DNA of 64,000 nt from Calditrichia bacterium (GCA_963777955.1 CAVZSQ010000022.1:320001-384000); one strand, 5' to 3'. Shown: positions 1 to 11,055, numbered from the stretch's first letter. Program-made: numbers and translations. Notes: generated from the sequence alone by a model not told the origin.

Positions 1-855
1 CAGAGAGGCGCCCAGCATCATCAGAATAGCACCGACCAATATCATACTTTCCCGTATCACCCGCGGCAGGTCGCTGAAAAATTTTACTTCGCGGTGAATG
101 AATACCTCGACGAGCAGTACATAGGCTGCTGTTACTGCCGCTGCTTCCGTGGCAGTGAAAAATCCGCCATAAATACCGCCGATAACTACAACCGGCAGGG
201 GCGCTTCCCAGGCGGCTTCTTTAAAGGCCAGGTATACTGCTTTCCAGGTGAAGGGAATCCGCGGAACATGAGCGATCAAACCGGTGCGGATACCGTACAG
301 CGACAGAATGATGATCAGCAATATACCCGGAATTAATCCGGCCAGGAACAATTGATCGATGTTAACGGCAGCGATAATACTATACAAAATAATGGGCAGG
401 GAAGGGGGGAAGAGCAATCCTAAACTGCCGGAGGTGGTCACCAGTCCCAGAGCAAATTTTTCGGGATACTTATGCTGGATCAGGGCCGGATAGATCAATC
501 CGCCCAGGGCAATAATCGTAACTCCAGAAGCCCCACTGAAAGCGGTAAAAATGGCGGTGGATAATAGTGCCACTACGGCCAGTCCGCCCGGCATCCAGCC
601 AAACAAGGACTGGGCCAGTTTAATCATCCGCCTGGGGGCCTGGCTTTCAGCCAGAATAAAACCGGCAAAGGTAAACAGGGGTACGGCAATCAGGGCGGGC
701 ATATCAACCAGGCGATAGAGTTCAATCATCATCGCCGAAGTATCCATCCCTGCCGAGATAAAGGCGATCAGGCCAATGGCTGCGATTATGGTGAATAAGG
801 GTGCCCCGGCCAGCGCCAGCGCCACCAGTATCAGAATTATTAACCAGATTGTCAT
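1..855 (-). CDS. dctM: TRAP transporter large permease, runs off the left edge
   Basis: Not in the ORF track. Manual translation from ATG at 855 (ATGA overlap with dctQ stop): MTIWLIILILVALALAGAPLFTII...LIAVPLFTFAGFILAES...FGWMPGGLAVV...FTAFSGASGVTIIALGG, typical DctM motifs. Confidence 0.9.
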   Translation of the reverse strand, partial: MTIWLIILILVALALAGAPLFTIIAAIGLIAFISAGMDTSAMMIELYRLVDMPALIAVPLFTFAGFILAESQAPRRMIKLAQSLFGWMPGGLAVVALLSTAIFTAFSGASGVTIIALGGLIYPALIQHKYPEKFALGLVTTSGSLGLLFPPSLPIILYSIIAAVNIDQLFLAGLIPGILLIIILSLYGIRTGLIAHVPRIPFTWKAVYLAFKEAAWEAPLPVVVIGGIYGGFFTATEAAAVTAAYVLLVEVFIHREVKFFSDLPRVIRESMILVGAILMMLGASL

Positions 856-1361
856 GATGCCGCCACCTCCGTCTCGGTTTTAGCTGTGGCCTTGTTGATG
901 CTCTCGATCATCCGGATCAGGAACTGGATCATCATCAGGGTAAATCCCACCGGTACAATCATGGCAGCAGTTTTTTGAGAAAGGCCCAAAAAAAGTATGG
1001 AGTCTGCGTCCATCCCCAGCAGCACAAACGTCCAGCCGGCCCGGATTAAAAAGTAACAGATCACGGCAGCAAACAGGTCGCTGAAGGCATTGAACCACAG
1101 CCGGACTTTGGGTTTCAGAAAGCGGGTCAGGACATCAATGCGCAGGTGCCGGTCCTCCCGGGTAGCCAGGTAGGCGCCCAGAAAACCCACCCACATGACC
1201 AGATAACGTGCTGCTATATCCCCCCACAGAGTGCCGCTATGAAAAATAAGCCGCAGGATAACCTGTACCGCGGACATGGTCAGCATGGTTACCAGTGAAA
1301 GTACAAGTAAAGCAGAAACGATTTTGGTTAAAATACGATCGAACATCCGCAGGATTTTCAT
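852..1361 (-). CDS. dctQ: TRAP transporter small permease
   Basis: 169 aa, 4 hydrophobic segments, 'ARYLVMWVGFLGA...HLRIDVL' motif, coupled to dctM. Confidence 0.9.
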   Translation of the reverse strand: MKILRMFDRILTKIVSALLVLSLVTMLTMSAVQVILRLIFHSGTLWGDIAARYLVMWVGFLGAYLATREDRHLRIDVLTRFLKPKVRLWFNAFSDLFAAVICYFLIRAGWTFVLLGMDADSILFLGLSQKTAAMIVPVGFTLMMIQFLIRMIESINKATAKTETEVAAS

Positions 1362-1505
1362 CTATGCCTCTTTCTTTATACCGCGTGATTTTGTTTAATC
1401 AACTCTATTCGACCCCTAAGCGGTCTCAATATTAATAATTAATTTTTGATTTTGTACAGATATTTGATGCCTATGGTATTTTAATTTAATTTTTGTTAAT
1501 TCTTT

Positions 1506-1530
1506 GGGCGCATATAAAATGCGCCCCTAC
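1506..1530 (-). repeat. GTAG-tagged REP-like palindrome
   Basis: Minus strand GTAGGGGCGCATTTTATATGCGCCC: GTAG followed by GGGCGCAT/ATGCGCCC stem. Confidence 0.7.
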
Positions 1531-1577
1531 TGTGTGCCTCTGTGCCTTTTTTCTTTGTCTCTCTGTCCCTTTGTACC

Positions 1578-2549
1578 TTAAATATTTTCCACCGTAAACG
1601 GCATCACCCGCAGATGGGCAGTAGCATGATGTTTGGTAGTGAAATCTTTATACGCCCTTTTAACGGCATCTTCAGGCAGATTCAAAACTTTAGCGACTTC
1701 GGCAGTGGCTTCTTTATGCTCCCAACCGTACAGCAGAAAATCCAGTTTATCAAAAGGAATCCGGAAAAAGAATTCCTGGTCGGTTACCGGTAAACTGAAA
1801 GTGTCCGGACTGGGTTGGCGTTTTATAATTTCCGGGATTATTTTAAGGTAATCAGCCAGTTGATATACCTGGTTCTTGTACAAATGGGCAATCGGTTCTA
1901 TATCGGTGCCGCCATCGCCATATTTACAAAAATCCCCCAGTAAAAATTCGGTGCGATTGGAAGTTCCAGCTACCAGCATACTGCGCCGGTCGGCCTCGGC
2001 ATACAGGTGCAGCATCCGCGAACGTATTTTTATATTAGCGTAGGAGGTAACGGCGCGAAACTCTTCCAGAGTCAGTCGCTTCTTTTTCAACCCGCCGTCG
2101 GGCATCTGTACTTGCAGGTTATAAAATGAAAAGGAGTCCCGCTCCAGCAGATCGGTCGGCAGGGTAATGTTATATTTGTATCCGGGTTTATACTCAGGTA
2201 CCAGTTTTTGGATATATTCGTCACGCCGGTTATAAGCAGCCACGCTCTCCACGGTGGGGGTTATATCGATCTGGCGATATTCAATACCCAGTTGTTTGGC
2301 ATGCTTGATGGCAAATTCACTGCTGACCGGATTGGATTCTTTTTCGGGCAGTACCAGTCCGACTACCTTGTCTTTACCCATGGCCTGCACCGACAGGGCA
2401 GCAGTACAGGCGCTGTCGATACCGCCGCTCAGACCGACTACTATCCCTTTTCTGCGGTAATTAATAGTAACCTGCTCTACAGTAAACTTGACCAACCGTT
2501 CCAGTTCTTTAGCCGGATCGATATTTAAAACATTTAAATTGAATATCAT
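1578..2549 (-). CDS. nadE: NH3-dependent NAD+ synthetase (long form)
   Basis: SGGIDS PP-loop, NIKIRSRM, KYGDGGTD motifs. Start moved to ATG 2549 behind an AGGAG RBS. Confidence 0.9.
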   Translation of the reverse strand: MIFNLNVLNIDPAKELERLVKFTVEQVTINYRRKGIVVGLSGGIDSACTAALSVQAMGKDKVVGLVLPEKESNPVSSEFAIKHAKQLGIEYRQIDITPTVESVAAYNRRDEYIQKLVPEYKPGYKYNITLPTDLLERDSFSFYNLQVQMPDGGLKKKRLTLEEFRAVTSYANIKIRSRMLHLYAEADRRSMLVAGTSNRTEFLLGDFCKYGDGGTDIEPIAHLYKNQVYQLADYLKIIPEIIKRQPSPDTFSLPVTDQEFFFRIPFDKLDFLLYGWEHKEATAEVAKVLNLPEDAVKRAYKDFTTKHHATAHLRVMPFTVENI

Positions 2550-2679
2550 CCTGTATCTCCTGTTCAATTTTCGGGTGAAGATATAATCTATTATTTTCTA
2601 AATTAAAAAGCGAAAATTATACTTCGAAGATTGCTCACCTCCCCGAGCGGGATTCGAAATGACATCTATTTTTTGTCAT

Positions 2680-3516
2680 TTACCGTTTTTTACAATCTAT
2701 GGTGACAAACGGTATGGTCAAATCGATCTCGCCATTTTTTTGGGCCTGCTGGTTTAGCTCGGTTTCGATCTGATCAAAGATGTGAACCAGATCCTTTGGA
2801 TCAGGAATTTTTTTCCAGCTGTCCAGGAACCAGTTTTTAATAAAGTAGTGATTTAACATCGTTGTGCCGTCGGCAAACCGGAACCTGAATGAATCTTCAA
2901 TTACATTCCTGATCTGAAAACCTGTTTCACGTAATATCAACTTTATCTCTGCCAGCGGCCTGCGCTTATCATAGATATGCTGTTTCACTTTCGGCAAGGC
3001 CTCGAAAATTTTATTTTGCTTCAGAATTTTCTGAAAAACCGAATAAAATTCTATCATGGTCTTTTCCAGATTCAGAGTAAAAACCAGTTGTGCACCTGAC
3101 TTGCCGACCCGGAAACATTCCCGGATGGACTGTTTCATATCACGGACATTATTGATTCCGTTATTGGACACAATCAGATCGAAACATTCGTCAGGGAAGG
3201 GCATCTGCTCGGCATGACCGTTAATCACCAGAGTATTTTTTATGGCATATACCCTGAGTTTTAAGTTTACTCTTTGCAGAGCCTGCTGCCATGGATCTAG
3301 GCCATAAACTTTCGCTGTATTGCCCAGCCGGGAGGCAATCTCGATCAAAGGAAAACCGGGACCACAGCCCAGGTCCAGAACTTTAGAATTCTGTTTTAAT
3401 TCGATTACTTCCAGCAGACGTAAGCCAAAAGGAGCCGACCATAACGGCAGTTCATCGATTGCCGAAACCAGATCCGGATCAGCGGTATTGACGGTATGGG
3501 TCAGATATTCTTTCAT
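2680..3516 (-). CDS. Class I SAM-dependent methyltransferase
   Basis: VLDLGCGPG motif I, GLDPW, FDLIVSN. Substrate unknown. Confidence 0.85.
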   Translation of the reverse strand: MKEYLTHTVNTADPDLVSAIDELPLWSAPFGLRLLEVIELKQNSKVLDLGCGPGFPLIEIASRLGNTAKVYGLDPWQQALQRVNLKLRVYAIKNTLVINGHAEQMPFPDECFDLIVSNNGINNVRDMKQSIRECFRVGKSGAQLVFTLNLEKTMIEFYSVFQKILKQNKIFEALPKVKQHIYDKRRPLAEIKLILRETGFQIRNVIEDSFRFRFADGTTMLNHYFIKNWFLDSWKKIPDPKDLVHIFDQIETELNQQAQKNGEIDLTIPFVTIDCKKR

Positions 3517-3531
3517 TTTTCTGTTCTCAAA

Positions 3532-4776
3532 TTACAATGAATCGGCCGGGAGAATGCCCAGATCCCTGTAAATGGGACGGATCAATCGGCGGATGGTGGG
3601 CAGTTTTCTATAAAACAAAATTGCTCCGGCTATGCAGACAATACCTCCGCAGCATACCGTCCAGGGGGCGCCTATCCTGCTGGCCAGCAGGCCGGCCAGT
3701 AAACTGCCTACGGGCGTCAGGCCCATAAAAGACATGGTATAAAAACTCATGATGCGGCCGCGCTTGTCATCCTCGACAATTGTCTGCAGCACCGTATTAC
3801 TGGCCGCCATCTGCATCATTTGTCCGGTGCCGATGAATAAAAGTACAATCAGTGAAAGTAAATATAGATGTGAAAAAGAGAAAATAATCAATCCCGATCC
3901 AAAAATCATGGCCGAGAACGGAATCAACCGGCCCAGTCCCAGCACGCTTCTTTTCGAGGCCAGGTATAAAGCACCCGCCAGGGCGCCGATACCGCTGCTG
4001 CCCATCAGGAAACCCAGGGCATCTGGCCCGCCCTGCAGGATGTCCCTGGCAAAAATAGGCATCAGCACGGTGTAAGGCATACCCATGATGCTGATTACCG
4101 CCAGCATCAGTAAAATGTACCGGATCGGAGCAAATCCCTTGGCGTAGCGGAATCCGGTCAGGAACTCTGACCAGATCCTGCTGCCGGGCGGTTTCGTGTT
4201 TTTAGGTATAATTTTCATTACTAGTAATGAAAGAATCACTGCCAGGTAACTCAGGGCGTTAAGCAGAAAGCAAATACCTTCACCGGCGATGACAATCAGT
4301 ATACCCGCCGCTGAAGGTCCTAACAGCCGTGCGCTGTTGACCATGGATGAATTGAGAGCGATAGCGTTACCCAGGTCTTGTTTTTCGTCGACCATCTCCA
4401 CCATAAAAGACTGGCGGATGGGCATATCAAAGGCATTGATGACTCCCAATAGCAGGCTCAGACCGATTATCTGCCAGATCCTGATCGTACCGCTCAGCAC
4501 CAGCGCGGCCAAAACAAAAGCCTGTACCATAGCAAAAATCTGAGTGAAAATGATAGCGCGGTGGCGATTCCAACGATCAGCAAATACACCGGCGAAGGGG
4601 CCCAGTAAAAAGATGGGAATTTGACTGGTGAATCCCACCAGTCCCAGCAGAAAAGCAGAATTGGTCAGGCGGTAGACCAGCCAGCCCAGGGCGATGCGCT
4701 GCATCCAGGTGCCGATCAGTGAGATACTCTGGCCGGCAAAAAACAGGCGGAAGTTGCGGTGACGCAGCGCGCGGAG
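3532..4776 (-). CDS. MFS transporter (MFS_3/DHA3-like), 5' end disturbed
   Basis: 12-TM pattern, GVFADRWNR motif A. The frame extends upstream of the called ATG (4704) as LRALRHRNFRLFFAGQSISLIGTWMQ, then hits an in-frame TGA at 4786-4788 with no start codon. Confidence 0.85.
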   Translation of the reverse strand, partial: LRALRHRNFRLFFAGQSISLIGTWMQRIALGWLVYRLTNSAFLLGLVGFTSQIPIFLLGPFAGVFADRWNRHRAIIFTQIFAMVQAFVLAALVLSGTIRIWQIIGLSLLLGVINAFDMPIRQSFMVEMVDEKQDLGNAIALNSSMVNSARLLGPSAAGILIVIAGEGICFLLNALSYLAVILSLLVMKIIPKNTKPPGSRIWSEFLTGFRYAKGFAPIRYILLMLAVISIMGMPYTVLMPIFARDILQGGPDALGFLMGSSGIGALAGALYLASKRSVLGLGRLIPFSAMIFGSGLIIFSFSHLYLLSLIVLLFIGTGQMMQMAASNTVLQTIVEDDKRGRIMSFYTMSFMGLTPVGSLLAGLLASRIGAPWTVCCGGIVCIAGAILFYRKLPTIRRLIRPIYRDLGILPADSL

Positions 4777-5030
4777 CCGAAAACGTCATGATTACCGGCC
4801 ACTAAAGACATCCGCAGCGGATCGAGTAATTCATAACTTTTAAAAATGCTGCGGGCCAGCTCAAATTCTTTTACTCCTGCATCGGCGGTAATATCACCGC
4901 TGAGCAGAACGTGGTCGACATTGAGTCTGGACAGATATTCAAAAACCTCTTTGCTGTTCTTGATATTGGTACGGCCGTGTTTCGGACTGAGATGCAAATC
5001 CGATATATGGGCCAGGGTATACAAACTCAT
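4777..5030 (-). pseudogene. Truncated calcineurin-like metallophosphoesterase (N-terminal part)
   Basis: HISDLH, SGDIT and GNHD motifs present. After GNHDVFG the frame runs into MFS sequence; C-terminal His motifs are missing. Confidence 0.75.
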
Positions 5031-5275
5031 CAGGCTACTTCCCTTTCTTCATTGGTATAATTCGATCTCTCCGCCTCGCGAATAACAGCTGAATAATCGG
5101 CAAACAGATTGTGAAAAATATGTTCCCAACTCTGTTGCCGGGCATAATCTAATGTCCGTTGAGCCATCCTCGATCTCAATTCTGGTTGATTGAGCAGGTA
5201 ATCGATCATTTCGGCCAGGTGCCGGGGATCACGAGGATTGGTCAACATGCCGGTGATTCCGGCCTGGATTATTCC
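5030..5275 (-). pseudogene. C-terminal remnant of a GT4 (GT-B) glycosyltransferase
   Basis: GIIQAGITGMLTNPRDPRHLAEMIDYLLNQPELRSRM...SWEHIF resembles the Glycos_transf_1 tail. In-frame TAA immediately upstream. Confidence 0.7.
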
Positions 5276-5329
5276 TTAATTCCTTTGAATCGTGATTCGT
5301 CTTCTTGTTTATTAGTCTCAGGTATTACT

Positions 5330-6243
5330 TTATTTGACAACGCGAACGGTAACCCTCCGGTTTTTAGCACGGCCGGTGATGGTAGCATTATCAGCAACCG
5401 GATTGGTAGCACCCAGACCGCTGGCGCTGAGCAGGGCAGAACCCACGCCGAGTTTGGTCAGGGCGGTCACCACAGATTTTGCCCGGTTCTCGGACAGCAG
5501 TTGATTGGCTTTAGCACCACCGCTATTATCGGTATGGCCTTCGATGACCAGTTTCAGGCCTGGATTTGCTTTAGAAAATTCAGCGATCTGTGTCAGTACC
5601 GGCTCGCTTTCAGAACGCAGTTGTGCCGAAGCGAAATCGAAGTAAAGGCCGTAGACGTCCACAAAGCCTTTATCTTTTAATTCAGCAGCCAGATTTTTAC
5701 TACGGCTGCCGTCATCGAATACACCCAGTTTACCTAATTCGGTATATTCGGGATTCCCGTAATTGCTGGTGATCACTATCTTGATCCAGCGTGCTTCCAA
5801 CGGTTCGAGGCGCACCAGTTGATTGTTTTTATTGCGTTCCAGTTGAAAACTGGCGACTGTTTTGAAACCTGCCGTAGCACTGCTGGTGGAAGTTTCCACG
5901 CGCAGGTCTTTAGCCGAGATTCCCGGCCAACCCTCTTCATCGGGAATATAATTATTGAAGATTAAAGTGGTCAACCATTCCTTCTTAGGCAATTCGATCA
6001 CCACCCAGTGCGGGAAGGCTGCTTCTGCCTCGGTACACCAGGTCGGCAGATTCTCCTGTAAACCTTCGGTTGGATCGATGAGACTGTTCACATCCCACAT
6101 TCCGCCGTAATTACTGCTGAAAGAAACAATCTTAGCCCCCGGGCCGAACTGGTCAAATTGGTTTGTTCCCCGGCCAGCAGAGGGCTGCTGATAAGAATTA
6201 TAAATAGCAAATATATAATGATGGTATTTCTGTGGGTTTTCAT
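5330..6243 (-). CDS. Secreted discoidin (F5/8 type C)-like plus OmpA-like peptidoglycan-binding protein, frameshifted near 6140
   Basis: EGHTD...NQLLSENRA...NRRV OmpA_C motifs; ARWIKIVITSNYG...ELG discoidin-like motif. Signal peptide from ATG 6243 joins the main frame if one G is added in the G-run near 6140. Confidence 0.85.
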
Positions 6244-6320
6244 AATATTCCTCCGCTGGTTTATCAGTATTATAATAAAACTGTTGTTCTTATTATATAA
6301 AAAATTGTTCCTGCGCCGTT

Positions 6321-6386
6321 ATGACCCTCCCCTGGCCCCTCCCTGTCGGTTAAGAGCCGTACAGGGAGGGGTAGGGGGTGGGTCAT
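6321..6386. repeat. Long C-tract/G-tract inverted repeat
   Basis: ATGACCCTCCCCTGGCCCCTCCCTGT...ACAGGGAGGGGTAGGGGGTGGGTCAT; a related element lies at 19200. Confidence 0.8.
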
Positions 6387-6426
6387 CGCCCTATTGCCTT
6401 TGTCCCTACGTTGTCCCTTTGTCTCC

Positions 6427-6450
6427 GAGCGCGATTCATCGCGCTCCTAC
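6427..6450 (-). repeat. GTAG-tagged REP-like palindrome overlapping a stop codon
   Basis: Minus strand GTAGGAGCGCGATGAATCGCGCTC; its TAG is the stop of the DUF4139 gene. Confidence 0.75.
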
Positions 6451-8438
6451 TCCAATCCATATACCGCCTGATTCCTGGGAAACTCCACCTGGTATTTGAG
6501 TGCTATCACTTTTTTCTCCCCCGGTTTTAATTTCAACTGCCATTCCAGTTTCTGCTCGTTGCCCAGTTCTTCTTTTTCTTTCCGGGGTTCCAGCAATTCC
6601 ACTTTGATATCCTCATTCATCGGGATTGGTAACTGATCATACAGCCAGATAACTTCCTCAGTCTGACGGTTATTGGTCAGGCGGAGTTCGTACTCATAAG
6701 TGATTTTTTTCCTGCCGCCGAACATACCTTTTGATTCGGTAAATTTATTGATCAGGATTTTCTCGGCGCGGATGCTCTCATCGATGCCCAGGGCGAGTTC
6801 GAGGGTATCGGTTGGAACGATGGTGTTCAGATAGGTGCGATTTACGAAATCGTTATCGACGAAGACGTTTATTTGTCCTTCCAGCAGGGGGTATGATTTA
6901 TTATTAATCACTTTGCCCTTTAAATAGACCTTGGGTAAAATCTTGGGGATGGCATTGTATTCAAATTCTATGGGCAGATCGTCGATGGCGATGGTGACCT
7001 TGTGCGGATCATTATCACTGGGTATCGTATTCTTGGTAGGCAATTCGAATACCGTGGACAATTCTTTGGCCTGCACATTGGTATATTTAGGTTTCTCAGG
7101 TGCTTGTTGTCTGAAGGCGCTTCTACTTGCCCTGTATTCCGACATGGAGGATGTTAAATCCTTTTGTACCAGGGCTCTATCGGAGGTGACCACAATTGCT
7201 TCAGATTCAACTGCAGCTGTTGATAGAGGTACGACCACATTAGCAATATTCTTTTCGATTACTTCCATCTGAATATCCACAGTTTGATATCCGATACTTA
7301 AAACCTGGAGACCATAATAACCATGTGGGACATTTATTATGGTAAATTTTCCGTTCAAATCTGTCGCCGCGCCTAAAGTAGTACCTTTTAAAATTGCGTT
7401 TACACCAGGTAAGGGATCTCCAGTTTCCCGATCAGTTACATATCCTGAAATGCTACCTTTGCCTCGGGGTAATCCGTAATTCTGATCATAGGTGACCGGA
7501 TAATCCGAACTGCCCGAGACTGCAAGTCTTCCTTCAGCAGGTGGCGGAGGCAATGGCTGGATATCCAGGTACCAGCTGCTGAGTTCGGGCAATGATTTTA
7601 CTGTCAGCGGATCTGCGGTCGAAAAAATTAATTTCACATCATTCCAATCCTCGCCGGTGGATTGCTGCATCACCCCGGTGTAAGTAAGTTCCAATTGCTT
7701 TGACTTTGAGGAGACCCGGGCATCGTAGGCCGGATACCAGCCTGGCGCTGCCTACCAGGTAGGATGGTTGCAGTTTTATTTTACCGGCTTCGCTGTTATC
7801 GATCTTGACGATGATCTCTTTATAATCCTTGCTCTTATTGCTCTGGGCCTGGCCGAGGGTCTGCTGCAGGCTGCGGATCTCCTGCTCCAGATTTCATGTT
7901 TCTTTAAATTTTGCTCACGCAGTCCGTTGAATATCTCATTCAGGTTGGTATCCACAAATCGCAGCATCTCCCCCCAGTTTTTAGGCGAAGCTGCAGGCTG
8001 CAGCATATTCTCATTTGCACTCTTGATTGATTCGGCCTTGAGAGCTTCCACGAACTGTTTTTTACTTTCCAAAACTGTAATTTTATCGTTGGTGGCCTGT
8101 AATTGTGCTGCCAAGGTATTGATCTGTTTTTGCAGGTCACGAGTGCGCTCTTCCTGTATCCGGGTGGTAAAACGTCGTTCTACTTTTACATCCAGGATCT
8201 TGACCACTCCGGCTCCCGTGGCTTGCAGACGCACCGATTCGTCCTGCAGGTCGCTGGTCAGATTGGAGAAAATAATGGTATGTTCACCCTTGGCCAGGGT
8301 TTGTTCGGCTTCGCGGGTGATCATGGCCCGGTCTTTGAATACCGTGGCGGCGACTACTTTGGATTCGACTTTTTGTCCCTCCTGGGCGTAACTCGTGCCC
8401 AGTAAAGTCATAATTAATATTAAACATAACCATTTCAT
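6447..8438 (-). CDS. DUF4140/DUF4139 (MuiA-like, TIGR02231) secreted protein with an internal CarboxypepD_reg-like domain; two frameshifts (about 7890 and 7740)
   Basis: N-terminal VTVF.DRA.I.R-like motif; reconstructed SYLV..A.WYPAYDAR; Q.TGEDW..V.L..ST; LALGID; DQLP; LEWQLKLKPGE. Confidence 0.85.
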
Positions 8439-8621
8439 ATAAATCCTTTCTTTATATGATAAAGTTCTTAATACTAATGATGATACAGTCTTATGATTTT
8501 GCGGAGATGTACTGAATAATATATTGAATAATGTAAAGATTAGTAAATAAAATATCCAAACTTTTATTTTTCTGTTTTTCCGGATCCCATTCCCGTCAGA
8601 GTCCTTTTGATTTTTTTTCCA

Positions 8622-10053
8622 CTAGCGCAATCGGCGGTCAAAGTAATATCGCAGGCCAACTCCGAAATTCCAGGATTTTCCATCTTTGTAATAATCTGTA
8701 TAATATAAATCTGAGTGGTCATATAAAAGCAGGTTATCAGAAAAGTCTATACCGTTGAGTCAAGCCTGCATTTGAGTAGATTGAAAGATTATTCTCGATA
8801 AAATAATCCAGGGTAACTTCGGCCAAGTATTGATCCATTCTTGCCCACCTCGGAAAAGTTGAATGTTCGTCAACATTACTATGACCAAACAAGGATTCAA
8901 TACCCAGATTAAATTCTAATAAAGTTCTGTCCATGACATTGTAAAGATTTACAACATGCAATAAGACTCGCCCTACGTGATCGGTCATGGTATTTTTATT
9001 CACGGCCTTTCGGAAAGAACCGTTAAACAGAACCCCGATTTGATAATTCAAAGTTGGATTGTGATAATAAGTTCCATTTAAATATACGCCTAATAAAAAT
9101 TGTTCCTGACCGGAAATGCCATGCTGAGGAATATTCTTATTATACTCCATCATTAAACCCAGGTTTGAATCAAAGCCCTGATAGCGTTCTCCGATTATTT
9201 CCTGACTGACATCGGTTAGATATAAGAATTGCCACGGACTTAAATTTTTAATGGTGTTCTTTATGGAATTAGGCAACATGGCATAGAAATATTTTTGTGA
9301 TCGATCATAAGTCGAGATAAATCCATACTCTTTTGTGTAAAGTTCAGATAGTGTCATAATATCTGTTTCACTAAGATCATTTTTACCGGTCAATAACGAC
9401 AAACGCTCATTAAAACGCATAGCTCTGATAATGGGAGTTATATTTCTCAATCGACCCAATCCAATTCCCAAATTCAGCTGGGTATTATAATTGCGCGAAA
9501 TTGAAATATTTTTGAATACCACAGTAAGATTACCATTTGAATTGCTTCGTTTTGAAGAGTACTTGGAATCACTATATTGAAAGTAGTGGTCAGATGCAAA
9601 GTGCAAATACAGCAAGTCGTTGAAATATCTTTTGCTGGAATTCCCCAACATCAATCTGAAATCTGCTCTTTTATCTGTCGTTAACGAAATAACACTGGTG
9701 TTCTGTTTGTGTTGCTGATATGAGTATCCGTTATTAATCTTAATGTACTGGGAACAGATTTTTTTCTCACTTTCAGAATATCTGCTGTATGATGGTAAAA
9801 GTTGATATGAATAATTTTCAGAACTATTTGATAGGTCTTCAGCATTATAGTGGTAGCCATGCCCATCCGTTTCAAAATCAATCAGTGCTATTGCGTATCC
9901 CCACTCCGGCAGGCGGTAATCATATAGCATATGTTTGTATTGAGAATTAATACCGCTGCCGAATTTAAACAGAGTATCCACTGAAGCATCATCCTGAGCC
10001 AGGAGCATCAGAGGATATAACATAACCAAAATTGTAAAAGTAGCAGTTTTCAT
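8622..10053 (-). CDS. Hypothetical outer-membrane beta-barrel-like protein, frameshift near 8760
   Basis: Signal peptide and Tyr/Asn-rich alternating strands. An alternative frame continues GIDFSDN...SWNFGVGLRYYFDRRLR* to TAG at 8622. Visibly AT-rich. Confidence 0.6.
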
Positions 10054-10371
10054 TTGATCCCTCCTATTTATTTAAGGTCAATCTGGAAAATTTGTCATGA
10101 CCATACTCCAGATTAAAATACCCGTATTTAAAATGTGCTAAGGATTTGTATGTTTTAAAGATAACTTATAAGTGTATCTATTAAGCGCGATTAGACTGTC
10201 TGATTTTATTTTAAGATAGATAAGAATCTAGTCTATATTATATTCAGAAGCAAAAATCTTGCCAAGAGAATAAGAGCGAAATATAGGAGAAATATCGAGT
10301 TATTTTGCTATTAGAAAGGTTAACAATGTAAACAACGTTTACATATGTGTACGAGGGTTACATATATTTGT

Positions 10372-11055
10372 TTACAGGGATTTTTTATAACTAATTGATA
10401 CGCCTCCACCTTTATTGTCCACAATCGTTTCCCAACCGGGTAATTTCTTAACATAGTTATAGAATTCCGCAGTACCGCTGAAGCCGAATTCACTTTTAGT
10501 TTTGCCGGAGACATTATGAGCTGTGTAACAACCACCAACCTGAATGTTCGGACTAACATCTGTAAAATAATTTTTATACCACTCTTTGTCTGCATCACAG
10601 AATACAAAATCAAAAGGACCTTTCAATTCTTTGACTGATTTATGGGCATCGGCTAGCCGGGCATCAATGAATTCACTCAAACCGGCTGCTTTAAAATTGG
10701 TTACTGCTTCATCATGCCGTTCCTGGTCTATTTCTATAGTAATCAGTTTTCCCCCGGTCTTACTAAGGGCCCAGGCGATCCAGATGGACGAATGCCCGGT
10801 GGAGGTTCCGATCTCCAGGGCGCTTTTATAATTATTCTTGATGATCAGGTCATATAATAATCTGCCATCCGTTTCCGGTACGTTCATGTCCCGCCAGGTA
10901 CCGCGATGCGTATCCAGAAAAGACTGCACCTGCTGATCGAGATCGGATTTCTTGTCTTTTTTCTCTTTATCCTGTGAAAACATTACCGATCCGACAGAAA
11001 ATAAAATAAAACTTAACAGAAAAATATGTCCGGAAGTTGAAAAACTCAATAGCAT
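10372..11055 (-). CDS. O-methyltransferase (Methyltransf_3-like) with signal-like N-terminus
   Basis: LEIGTSTGHS, TIEID, FDFVFCDADK motifs. Confidence 0.85.
   Translation of the reverse strand: MLLSFSTSGHIFLLSFILFSVGSVMFSQDKEKKDKKSDLDQQVQSFLDTHRGTWRDMNVPETDGRLLYDLIIKNNYKSALEIGTSTGHSSIWIAWALSKTGGKLITIEIDQERHDEAVTNFKAAGLSEFIDARLADAHKSVKELKGPFDFVFCDADKEWYKNYFTDVSPNIQVGGCYTAHNVSGKTKSEFGFSGTAEFYNYVKKLPGWETIVDNKGGGVSISYKKSL

Noticed and set aside
2627..2664. Degenerate AGATTGCT...CGAAATGAC repeat-like sequence
   Set aside because: Single degenerate copy in the window; it cannot be supported as an element.
6158..6499. 113-aa plus-strand ORF
   Set aside because: It is stitched from the antisense OmpA signal peptide and intergenic repeats.
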